From the IMG/VR virus record IMGVR_UViG_2706796482_000001, positions 32,001 through 96,000 of that record: DNA of 64,000 nt, one strand, 5' to 3'. The notes under the pieces are model-generated. The model was not told where the DNA came from and made no database searches. It worked only from the letters and a program-made list of their open reading frames with translations. How positions within the stretch are numbered: the first letter of the stretch is position 1; each line of letters opens with the position of its first letter. Source of the stretch: a virus (taxonomy: Duplodnaviria; Caudoviricetes). This document shows positions 41,448-50,198 of this stretch, one piece after another. A program made the position numbers and the translations under genes.

Positions 41448-41653
41448 CTTTGACGAAGCCCGCCTTAGCAGGCATGAACGATGGTGGTCAGCATAAACCA
41501 TTTAGTAAGCCCAAGGGCAGTATCAAAAGGCAAAGGCCATGCTGAGGTCTGCTGAGTAGAGAAGTAGGGGTTAAGGTCCCAAAGAGCGTCAAAACCATTT
41601 AACAATCGCCCGGTATCGAATAGGTACCGGGCACAATCATTGCTGGAGGAAGA

Positions 41654-42085
41654 ATGGGATATTACTGTGACTGGGATGTAGACGTAAGAGGTTCTGGCCC
41701 AATCTACAATAAGCTCATGGCACAAAAGGATGAGGAGTACGTTAGCGAAAGTTACGAAATCACCCTTGGACGCTGGCTTGAATGTGAGCAGAATCTCAAG
41801 TGGTACGAAGTTGAGGAAGAGGGAAAGGCATTCTCTCGCAAGTGGCCGAACGTCATGCTCATCGTTACCTATCTTGGTGAAGATGGAGCACAGGGTCGGC
41901 ACTGGTTCCGAAATGGACACACTTATCATGTAAAGGCTCAGGTTGCATATCCAGAACCCGACTTTGACAAGGTAATGCCACTGAACATGCAGCTTGAGCT
42001 GGAAAGCATTGAAACGCGCAAGCGCGAGGTGCTTGAAAAGATGAAGGAGCTACAGGCAGAGCTTGACGAGTACCAGGAGGACTGA
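41654..42085 (+). CDS. Hypothetical protein
   Basis: GGAGG RBS; 143 aa. Confidence 0.6.
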   Translation: MGYYCDWDVDVRGSGPIYNKLMAQKDEEYVSESYEITLGRWLECEQNLKWYEVEEEGKAFSRKWPNVMLIVTYLGEDGAQGRHWFRNGHTYHVKAQVAYPEPDFDKVMPLNMQLELESIETRKREVLEKMKELQAELDEYQED

Positions 42086-42247
42086 TATCGTGGCTCTTAC
42101 AGGACGCAACGGACAATGCTGGTTTCAGAAGTGCACTCGCAAGGCAACGACGACAATCAGATATCACAACAAGTCTGTTGTTGTTTGTGATGGGCACAAG
42201 AATCTGGATGGTGTAGGCTGTCCTTCTAGCAGGCGGAGACCAAAGAG

Positions 42248-42276
42248 TTGACACTACTCAGAGGGTCTGCTAGTAT
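42248..42276 (+). promoter_or_regulatory. Sigma70-type promoter
   Basis: TTGACA-N17-TAGTAT. Confidence 0.7.
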
Positions 42277-42304
42277 TAAGTACAACGGCAGGGAAACCTG
42301 CTAT

Positions 42305-42376
42305 CAGGCACGGGGAAGATGGTAATCCGTTGGCTTTGGAAGCCTAAGACACTCGGTTCGATTCCGAGGTGCCTGA
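42305..42376 (+). tRNA. tRNA-Pro(TGG) copy 1
   Basis: CAGGCAC/GTGCCTG; loop TTTGGAA. Confidence 0.85.
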
Positions 42377-42380
42377 CTTC

Positions 42381-42455
42381 CGGGATATAGCTCAGTTTGG
42401 TCAGAGCGCTGCATTTGGGATGCAGAAGTCGCTGGTTCGAATCCAGTTATCCCGA
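42381..42455 (+). tRNA. tRNA-Pro(TGG) copy 2
   Basis: Canonical cloverleaf; loop TTTGGGA. Confidence 0.9.
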
Positions 42456-42457
42456 CT

Positions 42458-42535
42458 AGCCCCATAGGATAATGACTAATCCGCCTGTACGTGGAGTACA
42501 GGTAATACCGGTTAAATTCCGGACTAGGGGCTCCA
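42458..42535 (+). tRNA. Atypical tRNA-like RNA (TGG in loop)
   Basis: D arm GGAT/ATCC, extended anticodon stem, T loop TTAAATT, ends in CCA. Confidence 0.55.
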
Positions 42536-42538
42536 AAC

Positions 42539-42693
42539 TTTTGGGTCGATTGAGACACGGTTATCTTACACAATGGATACTAGGTTCGATTCCTAGGGGT
42601 GCCGTAAAAAGCGCTCTGTAAAGTCATCTCAGATGTGTGTGGTAGGATGACATAAGGTACTACACTCTCTCCGTTCTCGCCACTTACCTAAAG
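42539..42693 (+). ncRNA. Y RNA-like 2 (T arm + closed acceptor stem + altered D region)
   Basis: TTTGGGT-C-GATTG...ACCTAAA; GAGA/TCTC and ACGG/CCGT stems; TTATCT; CTAGG-TTCGATT-CCTAG. Confidence 0.7.
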
Positions 42694-42701
42694 GATTTAT
42701 C

Positions 42702-43223
42702 ATGACGGTACTTCTACGAACAATTCACGGAAGCCATCTATATGGCCTTGCGCACGCCGGTTCGGATAAAGATATCTACGAAGTAGTATCTACCAAAAGA
42801 ACTAAGAGAAAGCGCAACATTAAGCAAACCATTGTAAATGGAGTTGACAAGACTACAGTAGACCTGTCAACATTCATGCACATGGTTGATGAATGTGTAC
42901 CTCAAGCACTTGAAGCGCTATGGACGCCGGTACCAGATGTGGATGAAATCCACCAGTTCCGGACACAGTATAGAGTGAATCGCGCCAAGATGAAGGATGT
43001 ATATATTCGAACCGCTCTGAACTTCGCCAAGAATGATGATGTAAAGCGTAAGCGACATGCACTTCGCTTGCTGCTGAATCTAGGCGCAGCTTTGGAATAC
43101 GGTAAATTCAATCCCCGCCTCTCAACCATGGATAAGTTTATCATTAACTCCACTATGGGAGAGACGGGAGCTTACGAAGATGTCTTTGTTGGCATCATCG
43201 ATGAAGTTCAAAAGTGGGTCTGA
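42702..43223 (+). CDS. Predicted nucleotidyltransferase (Pol-beta superfamily)
   Basis: GSHLYGLAHAGSDKD (GS...DxD) motif. Confidence 0.8.
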   Translation: MTVLLRTIHGSHLYGLAHAGSDKDIYEVVSTKRTKRKRNIKQTIVNGVDKTTVDLSTFMHMVDECVPQALEALWTPVPDVDEIHQFRTQYRVNRAKMKDVYIRTALNFAKNDDVKRKRHALRLLLNLGAALEYGKFNPRLSTMDKFIINSTMGETGAYEDVFVGIIDEVQKWV

Positions 43224-43236
43224 TGGCTCACGCCAA

Positions 43237-43313
43237 TGGGGCGTATACCCTCACTCTGATAAAGTGTAGAAAGGTTAATCGGTTACATGTGGGTTCAATT
43301 CCCACCGTCCCAA
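43237..43313 (+). ncRNA. D-arm-less tRNA-like RNA with GAT loop
   Basis: TGGGGCG/CGTCCCA; CACT-CTGATAA-AGTG; GTGGG-TTCAATT-CCCAC. Confidence 0.55.
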
Positions 43314-43323
43314 CTGGCTCTCA

Positions 43324-45162
43324 TTGGAGAGCAATCCTAGAAACCCTAAAACAATGGTAGATTTCGACAAGAGACATTCTAAAGAACTTGTGAAACGCCC
43401 TGACGCAGACCTGGTTGATACCAGGTCTTTTCGGTCTTCCGGTCAGGGTGTATTTTCGCATGTCCGGAAGGGTGTCAAAATAACGAGTAAAGCCATTCTG
43501 GATTGGGTCTACCTGAATGACTACAAGGAAGAGATTGCCAAGGCTAAGAATGAGGGCAATCTAGAAAAGGCCCGGAAGTTGAAGATTGAGCAGGAGAAGC
43601 GTAGTGAGCCGAGACGTAAGAGATTCTACTCTGTGCTCGCTGTGCTGATTGCACTAACGGGATGGGCCTACGTTACATGGGCCATTATTCCAATCGCTGT
43701 AGTAGGTGTTACCCTCCTTGTAGCCATGTGGTTCGTAGGTAGCGGCTTCAAGCCTAGCCAGTTCAATTTCAAGAATGGCGATGGGGAAGACGACCCCATG
43801 GAACCTTTTCCAATTGCTGACGCTCGAACCAGAGACGAGGCGATGGAGTGTTTGAGGAGAGCACTTCTTGCTGAGGGAATCACTCCAAGAGTAATCTTGG
43901 AACCAACTCGTTACAACTGGGGATGGGAAATCCCGGTAGTATTGAGAAAAGGTACTCCTGATGATGTAATGTCTAAGGCTAAGAAGATGGAGACTCTTCT
44001 CAGACTACCGGCCGATGGTATGCTAGTCGCAGCAACAAGGTTCCGTGCCGAAGTTGTTATCAGACTTATGCAGACTGACCCATTTGCCGACATGACAATG
44101 GAGCCTAGAGCAGAACCTCTTTCTCGTTCAATCAAGAAGAAGTACAAGATTGCACAGAGGATGGATGGCTCTCCGCTTGAAATCAGCTTGCTGAGAAACC
44201 ACGCAGTTGTTATTGCTGCTCCTGGTGGTGGTAAGTCAATGTTCATGCGTAAGCTTGCAGACATCACCACTAGCTGTAGAGACTGTGTAACCTGGGACAT
44301 TGACCCTGGCGGTAATGGACTCGAAGTCTTCGGAAGGGCCATCGCAAGACGTGGTAGGACCGAAGAGGAAATTGAAGAAATGCTAACGGAGGCTCTGGAG
44401 TACACGAAGATTCGTGCAAAGAAGCTGACGAAGCTAGGAATGGGTGACAATTGGCAGCCAACCAAGGACCATCCTGCCCTTATCATCTTCATTGATGAGT
44501 TCATTCAGCTCAACAAAAAGTGCAAGGATTTGGCAATCCAGATTATTCGCAATGGGCGTAAGTCTGCTATTACTGTCGTACTCGCTGCACAGCAGGCAAC
44601 GAAGGACACTCTTGGTGCCGCCATTGCAGATGCAGTGTCTATTAAGGTAATGTTTGCTTCTCGTCACGCTGACGTACCTCTCGTGTTTGGAGAGGGCATG
44701 TTGTCACAGGGCTGGAGACCTGATAAGCTACATCCAGCATCAGGTGAGGATGTGGAAGACGCTGGTAAGTGCTACATTTTGGGCGGTGGCTCAAGAGAGC
44801 CTTACCTGTACAAGGTCTTCCCAATCGAGCCAGATGAGGCAATTGAGATGGGTGACGAGCGTGAAGCAGAGGGTATGCCCGAGCTTGACACAGACACCTA
44901 CCTAGATGTTACAGTTACAGACACGACGGACAAGAGACTGCTTGAGGATGTACTAGACGTGTTTGAGAACTTTGACGAGAATGACTGGCTCCCTGCCAGC
45001 ATCTTGGTCAAGGAACTCAAGGGCTACGGCCACACCTTGACAGCTCGTCAGTTGCATGAGACTCTAGGAGATACCGGCCGAGAGAGCCGTATTTGGGAAG
45101 GGTCCAAGTACAAGGTGGCTGGTTACTTCCGAAAGAACATCGAGAAGCAATTGGAGAAATGA
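43324..45162 (+). CDS. FtsK/SpoIIIE (TraB-like) DNA translocase
   Basis: Two N-terminal TM segments; AAPGGGKS, IDP, FIDE, GRK, AAQ; C-terminal wHTH-like region. Confidence 0.8.
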   Translation: MESNPRNPKTMVDFDKRHSKELVKRPDADLVDTRSFRSSGQGVFSHVRKGVKITSKAILDWVYLNDYKEEIAKAKNEGNLEKARKLKIEQEKRSEPRRKRFYSVLAVLIALTGWAYVTWAIIPIAVVGVTLLVAMWFVGSGFKPSQFNFKNGDGEDDPMEPFPIADARTRDEAMECLRRALLAEGITPRVILEPTRYNWGWEIPVVLRKGTPDDVMSKAKKMETLLRLPADGMLVAATRFRAEVVIRLMQTDPFADMTMEPRAEPLSRSIKKKYKIAQRMDGSPLEISLLRNHAVVIAAPGGGKSMFMRKLADITTSCRDCVTWDIDPGGNGLEVFGRAIARRGRTEEEIEEMLTEALEYTKIRAKKLTKLGMGDNWQPTKDHPALIIFIDEFIQLNKKCKDLAIQIIRNGRKSAITVVLAAQQATKDTLGAAIADAVSIKVMFASRHADVPLVFGEGMLSQGWRPDKLHPASGEDVEDAGKCYILGGGSREPYLYKVFPIEPDEAIEMGDEREAEGMPELDTDTYLDVTVTDTTDKRLLEDVLDVFENFDENDWLPASILVKELKGYGHTLTARQLHETLGDTGRESRIWEGSKYKVAGYFRKNIEKQLEK

Positions 45163-45386
45163 TGGAAGCCGTACTCGTCGGCCCCGTCATCCTATGGGTT
45201 CTGATTTCACTATACCTTGTCAAGAAGAAGGGTAAGCAGTGGCCGGAACTAATGTGGGGTATTGTCGGAGGTCTCATCCTTGCTACCATCTTTACCGGTC
45301 TTCCTAAGACCGTGTATAACATGGCTGATACAGGATGGAACGGAGTAGTCAGCGTAGCGCAGAGCATCACCAACTCTCAGGGTTGA
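45159..45386 (+). CDS. Small membrane protein
   Basis: Two hydrophobic segments; overlaps translocase stop (ATGA). Confidence 0.6.
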   Translation: MMEAVLVGPVILWVLISLYLVKKKGKQWPELMWGIVGGLILATIFTGLPKTVYNMADTGWNGVVSVAQSITNSQG

Positions 45387-45411
45387 CAGGTGCTCTGCCT
45401 CGCTGTAATAT
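45383..45411 (+). promoter_or_regulatory. Sigma70-type promoter
   Basis: TTGACA-N17-TAATAT. Confidence 0.7.
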
Positions 45412-45443
45412 AGACTTAAACCTAGTCCTTCCGGGCTAGATGA

Positions 45444-45517
45444 GCGCCAGTAGCATAACGGTTCAATGCAGTAGGCTTATATCCTACCGAGAGAAGGTTC
45501 AATTCCTTCCTGGCGTA
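45444..45517 (+). tRNA. tRNA-Ile(TAT)
   Basis: GCGCCAG/CTGGCGT; GTAGG-CTTATAT-CCTAC. Confidence 0.8.
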
Positions 45518-45519
45518 CT

Positions 45520-45664
45520 TGTGGGTCGAAGATAATTGTTTATCTTCAAATCAGCTTGTTGGGGGTTCGAATCCTCCCTGGGGACTTCATTGTCCTCGGT
45601 AGCTCAATGGCAGAGCGGCTGACATTGCCCAAATGGGCTAGACGATTGTCACACCATATCCACA
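45520..45664 (+). ncRNA. yrlA: Y RNA-like 3, YrlA type (complete circularly permuted tRNA domain)
   Basis: TGTGGGT-C-GAAG...ATCCACA; order T arm, closed acceptor stem, D arm; TCAGC/GCTGA. Confidence 0.9.
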
Positions 45665-45691
45665 TTACATAACTACTACTTAAGGACAGTA

Positions 45692-45859
45692 ATGGCTGCG
45701 CTATCGCACGCGATTGGTACGAAGGTAAAGGTTACAAACGGTAGCTACAGGAACAAGACTGGTGTTGTTCAGGTCAAGGATGGTCACATGGTGGTCGTCA
45801 TGGACAAGGACAATTCAGTTCTGTATGGAGCTAGCGATTCCATGGTTGAGAAGGTGTAA
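45692..45859 (+). CDS. Small KOW/SH3-like protein
   Basis: IGTKVKVTNGSYRNKTGVV; AAGGA RBS. Confidence 0.5.
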   Translation: MAALSHAIGTKVKVTNGSYRNKTGVVQVKDGHMVVVMDKDNSVLYGASDSMVEKV

Positions 45860-46027
45860 ATGGCTTACTTTGAAGGCCAGAAGATTTGGGTCAATGGAGA
45901 GCCTGGCATTTATGTCAAGGATTCTGACAACCCAACCTTGGCAAAGGTAGAAGTTCCAGAGGGTTCTGGAAACGTAATGCTTTGTGTAAAGAAGCAAATC
46001 AACGTTCGGTCTGACTGAGCGTTTTTT

Positions 46028-46113
46028 GGAAGGTAAGCGATTGGTTTAGCGGGTGTCTTGGAAAGGCACTAAGGGTGTTACAGCCCGGCAGGGTTCAATT
46101 CCCTGGCCTTCCG
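46028..46113 (+). tRNA. tRNA-Ser(GGA)
   Basis: Long variable arm; loop TTGGAAA. Confidence 0.8.
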
Positions 46114-46126
46114 CAGGAGGTGCAAT

Positions 46127-46345
46127 ATGATAATCTGTGGAGACACAGTTGAAGTAAAGCACGACCGTCCGAATATTGAATCTGCCTATTACGGAAAGCG
46201 TGGCAGAATTCACAAGCGGACTCGTATTCTCGGAAAGCTCGGTGCTGGGGATTACGAAATTATGTTCTTCGATAGAGAACTCAATCATCCTATCATGGGT
46301 GTGATGGGTGGCTTTAACGAAGATGACCTGGAAGTCATTCGCTGA
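46127..46345 (+). CDS. Hypothetical protein
   Basis: AGGAGGT RBS. Confidence 0.55.
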   Translation: MIICGDTVEVKHDRPNIESAYYGKRGRIHKRTRILGKLGAGDYEIMFFDRELNHPIMGVMGGFNEDDLEVIR

Positions 46346-46354
46346 CTTCCCCAT

Positions 46355-46440
46355 GGAGGCACGCATTGGAGTGCTTATCGGTCTTGAAAACCGTGATGAC
46401 GTAGTGATATGTCGTGGGGGTTCGACTCCCTCTGTCTCCG
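46355..46440 (+). tRNA. tRNA-Ser(TGA)
   Basis: Long variable arm; loop CTTGAAA. Confidence 0.8.
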
Positions 46441-46488
46441 CCCTAAACCCGGTACTAATTGTGCCGGGCCTTATTTATAGGAGGAAGT

Positions 46489-46671
46489 ATGGCTAATGAG
46501 CCTACTGGTAACAACAAAAAAGAATGGGTGAAGTACATTGAAGAAAACCGAATCCCATTCTGGTGCTCTGTCTGTTCAACTGAGAATCCTCGTAAGTGTC
46601 AATGCTGGTCTGACATTCAGCGATGGGAGCAGGTTGAGCTATGGCAGGGTGAAGAGAGGCGCAAGAAGTGA
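46489..46671 (+). CDS. Small Cys-rich protein
   Basis: AGGAGG RBS, ATG 46489. Confidence 0.5.
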   Translation: MANEPTGNNKKEWVKYIEENRIPFWCSVCSTENPRKCQCWSDIQRWEQVELWQGEERRKK

Positions 46672-47060
46672 GTGCCGTACTTCTTGGAGTATTGCTCCAC
46701 TTCATTGGTGATTACATCATCCAGACAGACTGGATGGCACAGCTAAAGACAAAGCGATGGGCTCCAGCAATTGTCCACGGTGTCACATACGGTGTCCCGT
46801 TTGTCTTCGCTACGATGTCACCGATAGCCCTGGCTGTCATCATTGTCACTCACATTGTCATCGACCATTACCGCCTTGCTCGACATCTAGTATGGGCAAA
46901 GAATCAGCTTGCTCCAAAGAGCTGGCGATATTCTTGGAGCGAAGGTCATCTGACAGGATATCGAAATGACGGTCCTGTCTGGCTCAACACTTGGCTGATG
47001 ATTATCGCAGATAACACATTGCATATCATCATCAACACTCTAGCCATCCTCTACCTATGA
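46668..47060 (+). CDS. DUF3307-like membrane protein
   Basis: HFIGDYIIQ...H..ID...DNTLH. Confidence 0.75.
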   Translation: MSAVLLGVLLHFIGDYIIQTDWMAQLKTKRWAPAIVHGVTYGVPFVFATMSPIALAVIIVTHIVIDHYRLARHLVWAKNQLAPKSWRYSWSEGHLTGYRNDGPVWLNTWLMIIADNTLHIIINTLAILYL

Positions 47061-47079
47061 GGGTGGCTTTTTGTGTTTT
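47042..47079 (+). terminator. Intrinsic terminator
   Basis: AGCCATCCTC/GAGGGTGGCT followed by T tract. Confidence 0.65.
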
Positions 47080-47097
47080 CAATGATAAAATGGATGC

Positions 47098-49050
47098 ATG
47101 GCTAATTCAACACCCTTGCTAGGAGCAGGAAATGTAACCACAGCAAGCAATGCAAATGCGACATCCATAACCGTCAACAAGCCAGCCAATCTGGCAGACG
47201 GTCATTACATGTTTGCAGCTATTCTTCAAAGAAATGCGGCCGGTACGTGGACTGTTCCTTCCGGCTGGATAGAAGTTGGCGTAACTCAGCAAGATTACGT
47301 TGACTGCAAGGTGTATTACAAGGCAGTGCCATCGGCAGCAGCAGAGACAGCGACAAGCTATACCTGGACAACCAACAAGACGGCTGAGAGAATTGTAGCA
47401 ATCGTATGGCTCCAGACTAGCGTGAACGCTTCTCCAATTGATGCTCTGGGCTCTGGAACGGCTACAGCACCCAATCGTACTACCATGAACTTCGCATCCG
47501 TGACAGCAGTAAGTTCTCATGCCACCCTGATGACTATTGGATATAGCACTATTGCTGGTGGCTCTACTGCACCGGTCGGTTCTACTCCAACTGGAATGAC
47601 GGAAATCGCTAATGTCAATATTGCTAATGCTACTCCAAATGCATTGAATCTCAAGGTAAGCTATCAGGTTCTTAATGTAGCTGGAGCCACTGGAACAAGG
47701 GCGACTAACTATTCACCGGCCGCTTCTGGTTCTGGCGGATTCACATTCACTATAAATCCTGACGGAGACCCACCACCAACTGTCATCGCATTGAGACAAG
47801 GACTTGGTGACAGGGACAAAGTACGTGTCCTCAGCAGGACAAGCTTTGCGACATCTGTCCGCTTGGCTGTCTCATTGTCCAGTGACATGTCCTCACCTGT
47901 GTATTCATCCTCAGTGACACCGGACAGCGATGGGTACTCTAAACTAACTGTCACTGGTTTGTCCCAGGACACGAAGTATTACTTTGCGCTGGAAGTCAAT
48001 GGTGTCCTCGACATGTCACTGACAGGACAGACAAGGACATTCCCTGTGACAGGCTCTTTCAGCTTCCTTGCTGCGTCATGCTCTTACACTGCATCAAATC
48101 ATGCAGTCTTTGATGCTATGCGCACACGAGTCGGCCCAGATGGATTGCCTGCAAGATTCTTCGCTCATCTGGGAGACGTTCATTATGAACACGCTAGCTA
48201 CCAGCCTCAGCCAATAGCTCCAAATGACCCAGCAGAGCACCGTACAAATTACGAGAATGGATTGATGACTGCTCGCCAGTCTGCTCTTTGGCGCAATATT
48301 CCTGTGAGCCATACGTACTCAGACAATGACTTCTGCGGAAGCAACTCTGATAGCACGTATGCTGCTCGTCCAGCTATCATTGCTGTAAGACATCAAATCA
48401 TGATTGACCCGCCTCTTCCTGACTCTCAGGGAAATGGTCTTTGGAGAAGTTGGGTAGTTGGCCGAGTTCGTTTTATACAAACGGACAGCCGTACCTACAT
48501 GAGCGCAAAGGGGGCTACAGACAACAGCTCTAAGACTATGCTGGGAGCGGAACAGAAGGCATGGCTCAAGAGTCAGCTTCTGCAACCAGAACTTCTCAAG
48601 GTATGGCTACATGACCAAGCATGGGGAGGAATAGCAACAAATCCCGGTAATAATGATACTTGGCAAGCATTCAATACTGAGAGAGTAGAGATAGGAAACT
48701 TCATCTCTACTAACAAAGTCAAGGTAGTTTATGTTCATGGCGATAGCCATCGTCTTTCTGCTGATGACGGAATTCTTAACACAAGGGGAGGATTCCCAAC
48801 AATCTCTTGTGCTCCTATGGACCAATCTTCTCAGGGAGGAGATTCATCAGGAGAAGCAAATTCAGCAGGAGTCTATCCAGCTTATGGAGTTACACAACCA
48901 GGTAATTACTACGGATGGTTTGATGTCAATGACGATGGGTATCAGCTCTCTTTGATATTCAAGGGGTACGATTCAGAAGGAACGCAGAGAGTAACCATGA
49001 CAGTTACTGTCAGTCCTGAGAAGGCAACTGGATGGGGATATCCTCTCTAA
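47098..49050 (+). CDS. PhoD-like/purple acid phosphatase with N-terminal beta-rich domain
   Basis: ASC, HLGDVHY, TDSRTY, MLGAEQKAWL, GDSH. Confidence 0.8.
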   Translation: MANSTPLLGAGNVTTASNANATSITVNKPANLADGHYMFAAILQRNAAGTWTVPSGWIEVGVTQQDYVDCKVYYKAVPSAAAETATSYTWTTNKTAERIVAIVWLQTSVNASPIDALGSGTATAPNRTTMNFASVTAVSSHATLMTIGYSTIAGGSTAPVGSTPTGMTEIANVNIANATPNALNLKVSYQVLNVAGATGTRATNYSPAASGSGGFTFTINPDGDPPPTVIALRQGLGDRDKVRVLSRTSFATSVRLAVSLSSDMSSPVYSSSVTPDSDGYSKLTVTGLSQDTKYYFALEVNGVLDMSLTGQTRTFPVTGSFSFLAASCSYTASNHAVFDAMRTRVGPDGLPARFFAHLGDVHYEHASYQPQPIAPNDPAEHRTNYENGLMTARQSALWRNIPVSHTYSDNDFCGSNSDSTYAARPAIIAVRHQIMIDPPLPDSQGNGLWRSWVVGRVRFIQTDSRTYMSAKGATDNSSKTMLGAEQKAWLKSQLLQPELLKVWLHDQAWGGIATNPGNNDTWQAFNTERVEIGNFISTNKVKVVYVHGDSHRLSADDGILNTRGGFPTISCAPMDQSSQGGDSSGEANSAGVYPAYGVTQPGNYYGWFDVNDDGYQLSLIFKGYDSEGTQRVTMTVTVSPEKATGWGYPL

Positions 49051-49152
49051 GTTGACAGCTCTCCTTGGAGCTGCTACGGTAGTATTACACTTGAGAAAAT
49101 AAAGAAAAAGCTAGTTAGATACTAGCTAGAATCTAGTTAGAATATAGGGAAT

Positions 49153-49407
49153 ATGAGACTCTTTGAACTTCATAGAGACATAGATTCGTCTGGTGTCTCT
49201 GGAACAGGAGTGGTTGCTCAGGGTGTAGAGTTTGACAATGGGCAGTGTGCCATGGCATGGTTGTCCGAGTGGCAGTCAGTTGCCATTTATCCTGACATTA
49301 CCGTCCTTGAAGCGATTCATGGACACAACGGCAACACTCGTGTAGTATGGCTTGAGGATGACGAAGATTATTGGGCTGGCTATCAGTCAGCGCCGGTAGG
49401 CAGTTGA
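49153..49407 (+). CDS. Conserved phage hypothetical protein
   Basis: R..D.SGVSGTGVVAQGVEF...HGHNG. Confidence 0.65.
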   Translation: MRLFELHRDIDSSGVSGTGVVAQGVEFDNGQCAMAWLSEWQSVAIYPDITVLEAIHGHNGNTRVVWLEDDEDYWAGYQSAPVGS

Positions 49408-49432
49408 CAGGGTTTGTCCTTGATGCTAGTGT
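49404..49432 (+). promoter_or_regulatory. Sigma70-type promoter
   Basis: TTGACA-N17-TAGTGT. Confidence 0.65.
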
Positions 49433-49510
49433 AGAACGTAGAGCAGGTCGGCAAGCAGGTAAGTGAGGAATACAGGAGCTTGAGCCACAACCCCTCCACC
49501 TAGCTCTCTT

Positions 49511-49586
49511 GCGTCTGTAGTATAGTCTGGTCTAATGCACCTGATTGTCAATCAGGAAATCGCGGGTTCAAATCCCGTCAGGCGCG
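49511..49586 (+). tRNA. tRNA-Asp(GTC) copy 1
   Basis: Cloverleaf; loop TTGTCAA. Confidence 0.9.
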
Positions 49587-49891
49587 CATGAAATCGAGAT
49601 GGAAGTATTCTGCAAAGTACAAATCACCAAATGGTTGCAAGGCTTCTATCACCAGCTCAGTAAGGGCTGACAGCTTTGATGAAGCCTATGAAGAAGTATG
49701 CAATCAATTGAGGCATCAGAGCTTTGAACTTATTGGCATGACTATTGAGAAGGAATAGATGGCTATTCGATTCTGTCCATCATGTATGCAAAATGTCGTT
49801 ACCATCGTACAGAAGCCAAACTGTAAGCACTGTGATACAGTTACTAAGCCGGTAGATGAGAAGCTTCCTCTACCAGACGAAGGCGAAGTAA

Positions 49892-50116
49892 ATGACCTTA
49901 TTGGTAAGCGACGAAAGCGAGATAAAAATGCCTAGATACGAAATCAAGGGAACTATTCCCTTCGGAGATGAAACCGAAGTGGTTGATGACGTATTTGAAG
50001 CAAGAAATCAGCTTGAAGCAAATCGGAAGTTCAATGCACGTGTGCAGGAGATTTCCAGGCAGACTGGTCGCAAGACGACTGGTAAGCCAAACGTAACAAT
50101 CACCCTCATGAAGTAG
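49892..50116 (+). CDS. Hypothetical protein
   Basis: ORF; start uncertain. Confidence 0.45.
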   Translation: MTLLVSDESEIKMPRYEIKGTIPFGDETEVVDDVFEARNQLEANRKFNARVQEISRQTGRKTTGKPNVTITLMK

Positions 50117-50124
50117 GGTGTTAT

Positions 50125-50195
50125 CCCGGCGTGGTGTAATGGTAACATACTGCGTTGTCAGCGCAATGTCGAGGGTTCGATTCCCTTCGTCGGGA
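50125..50195 (+). tRNA. tRNA-Asp(GTC) copy 2
   Basis: CCCGGCG/CGTCGGG; loop TTGTCAG. Confidence 0.8.
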
Positions 50196-50198
50196 CTT

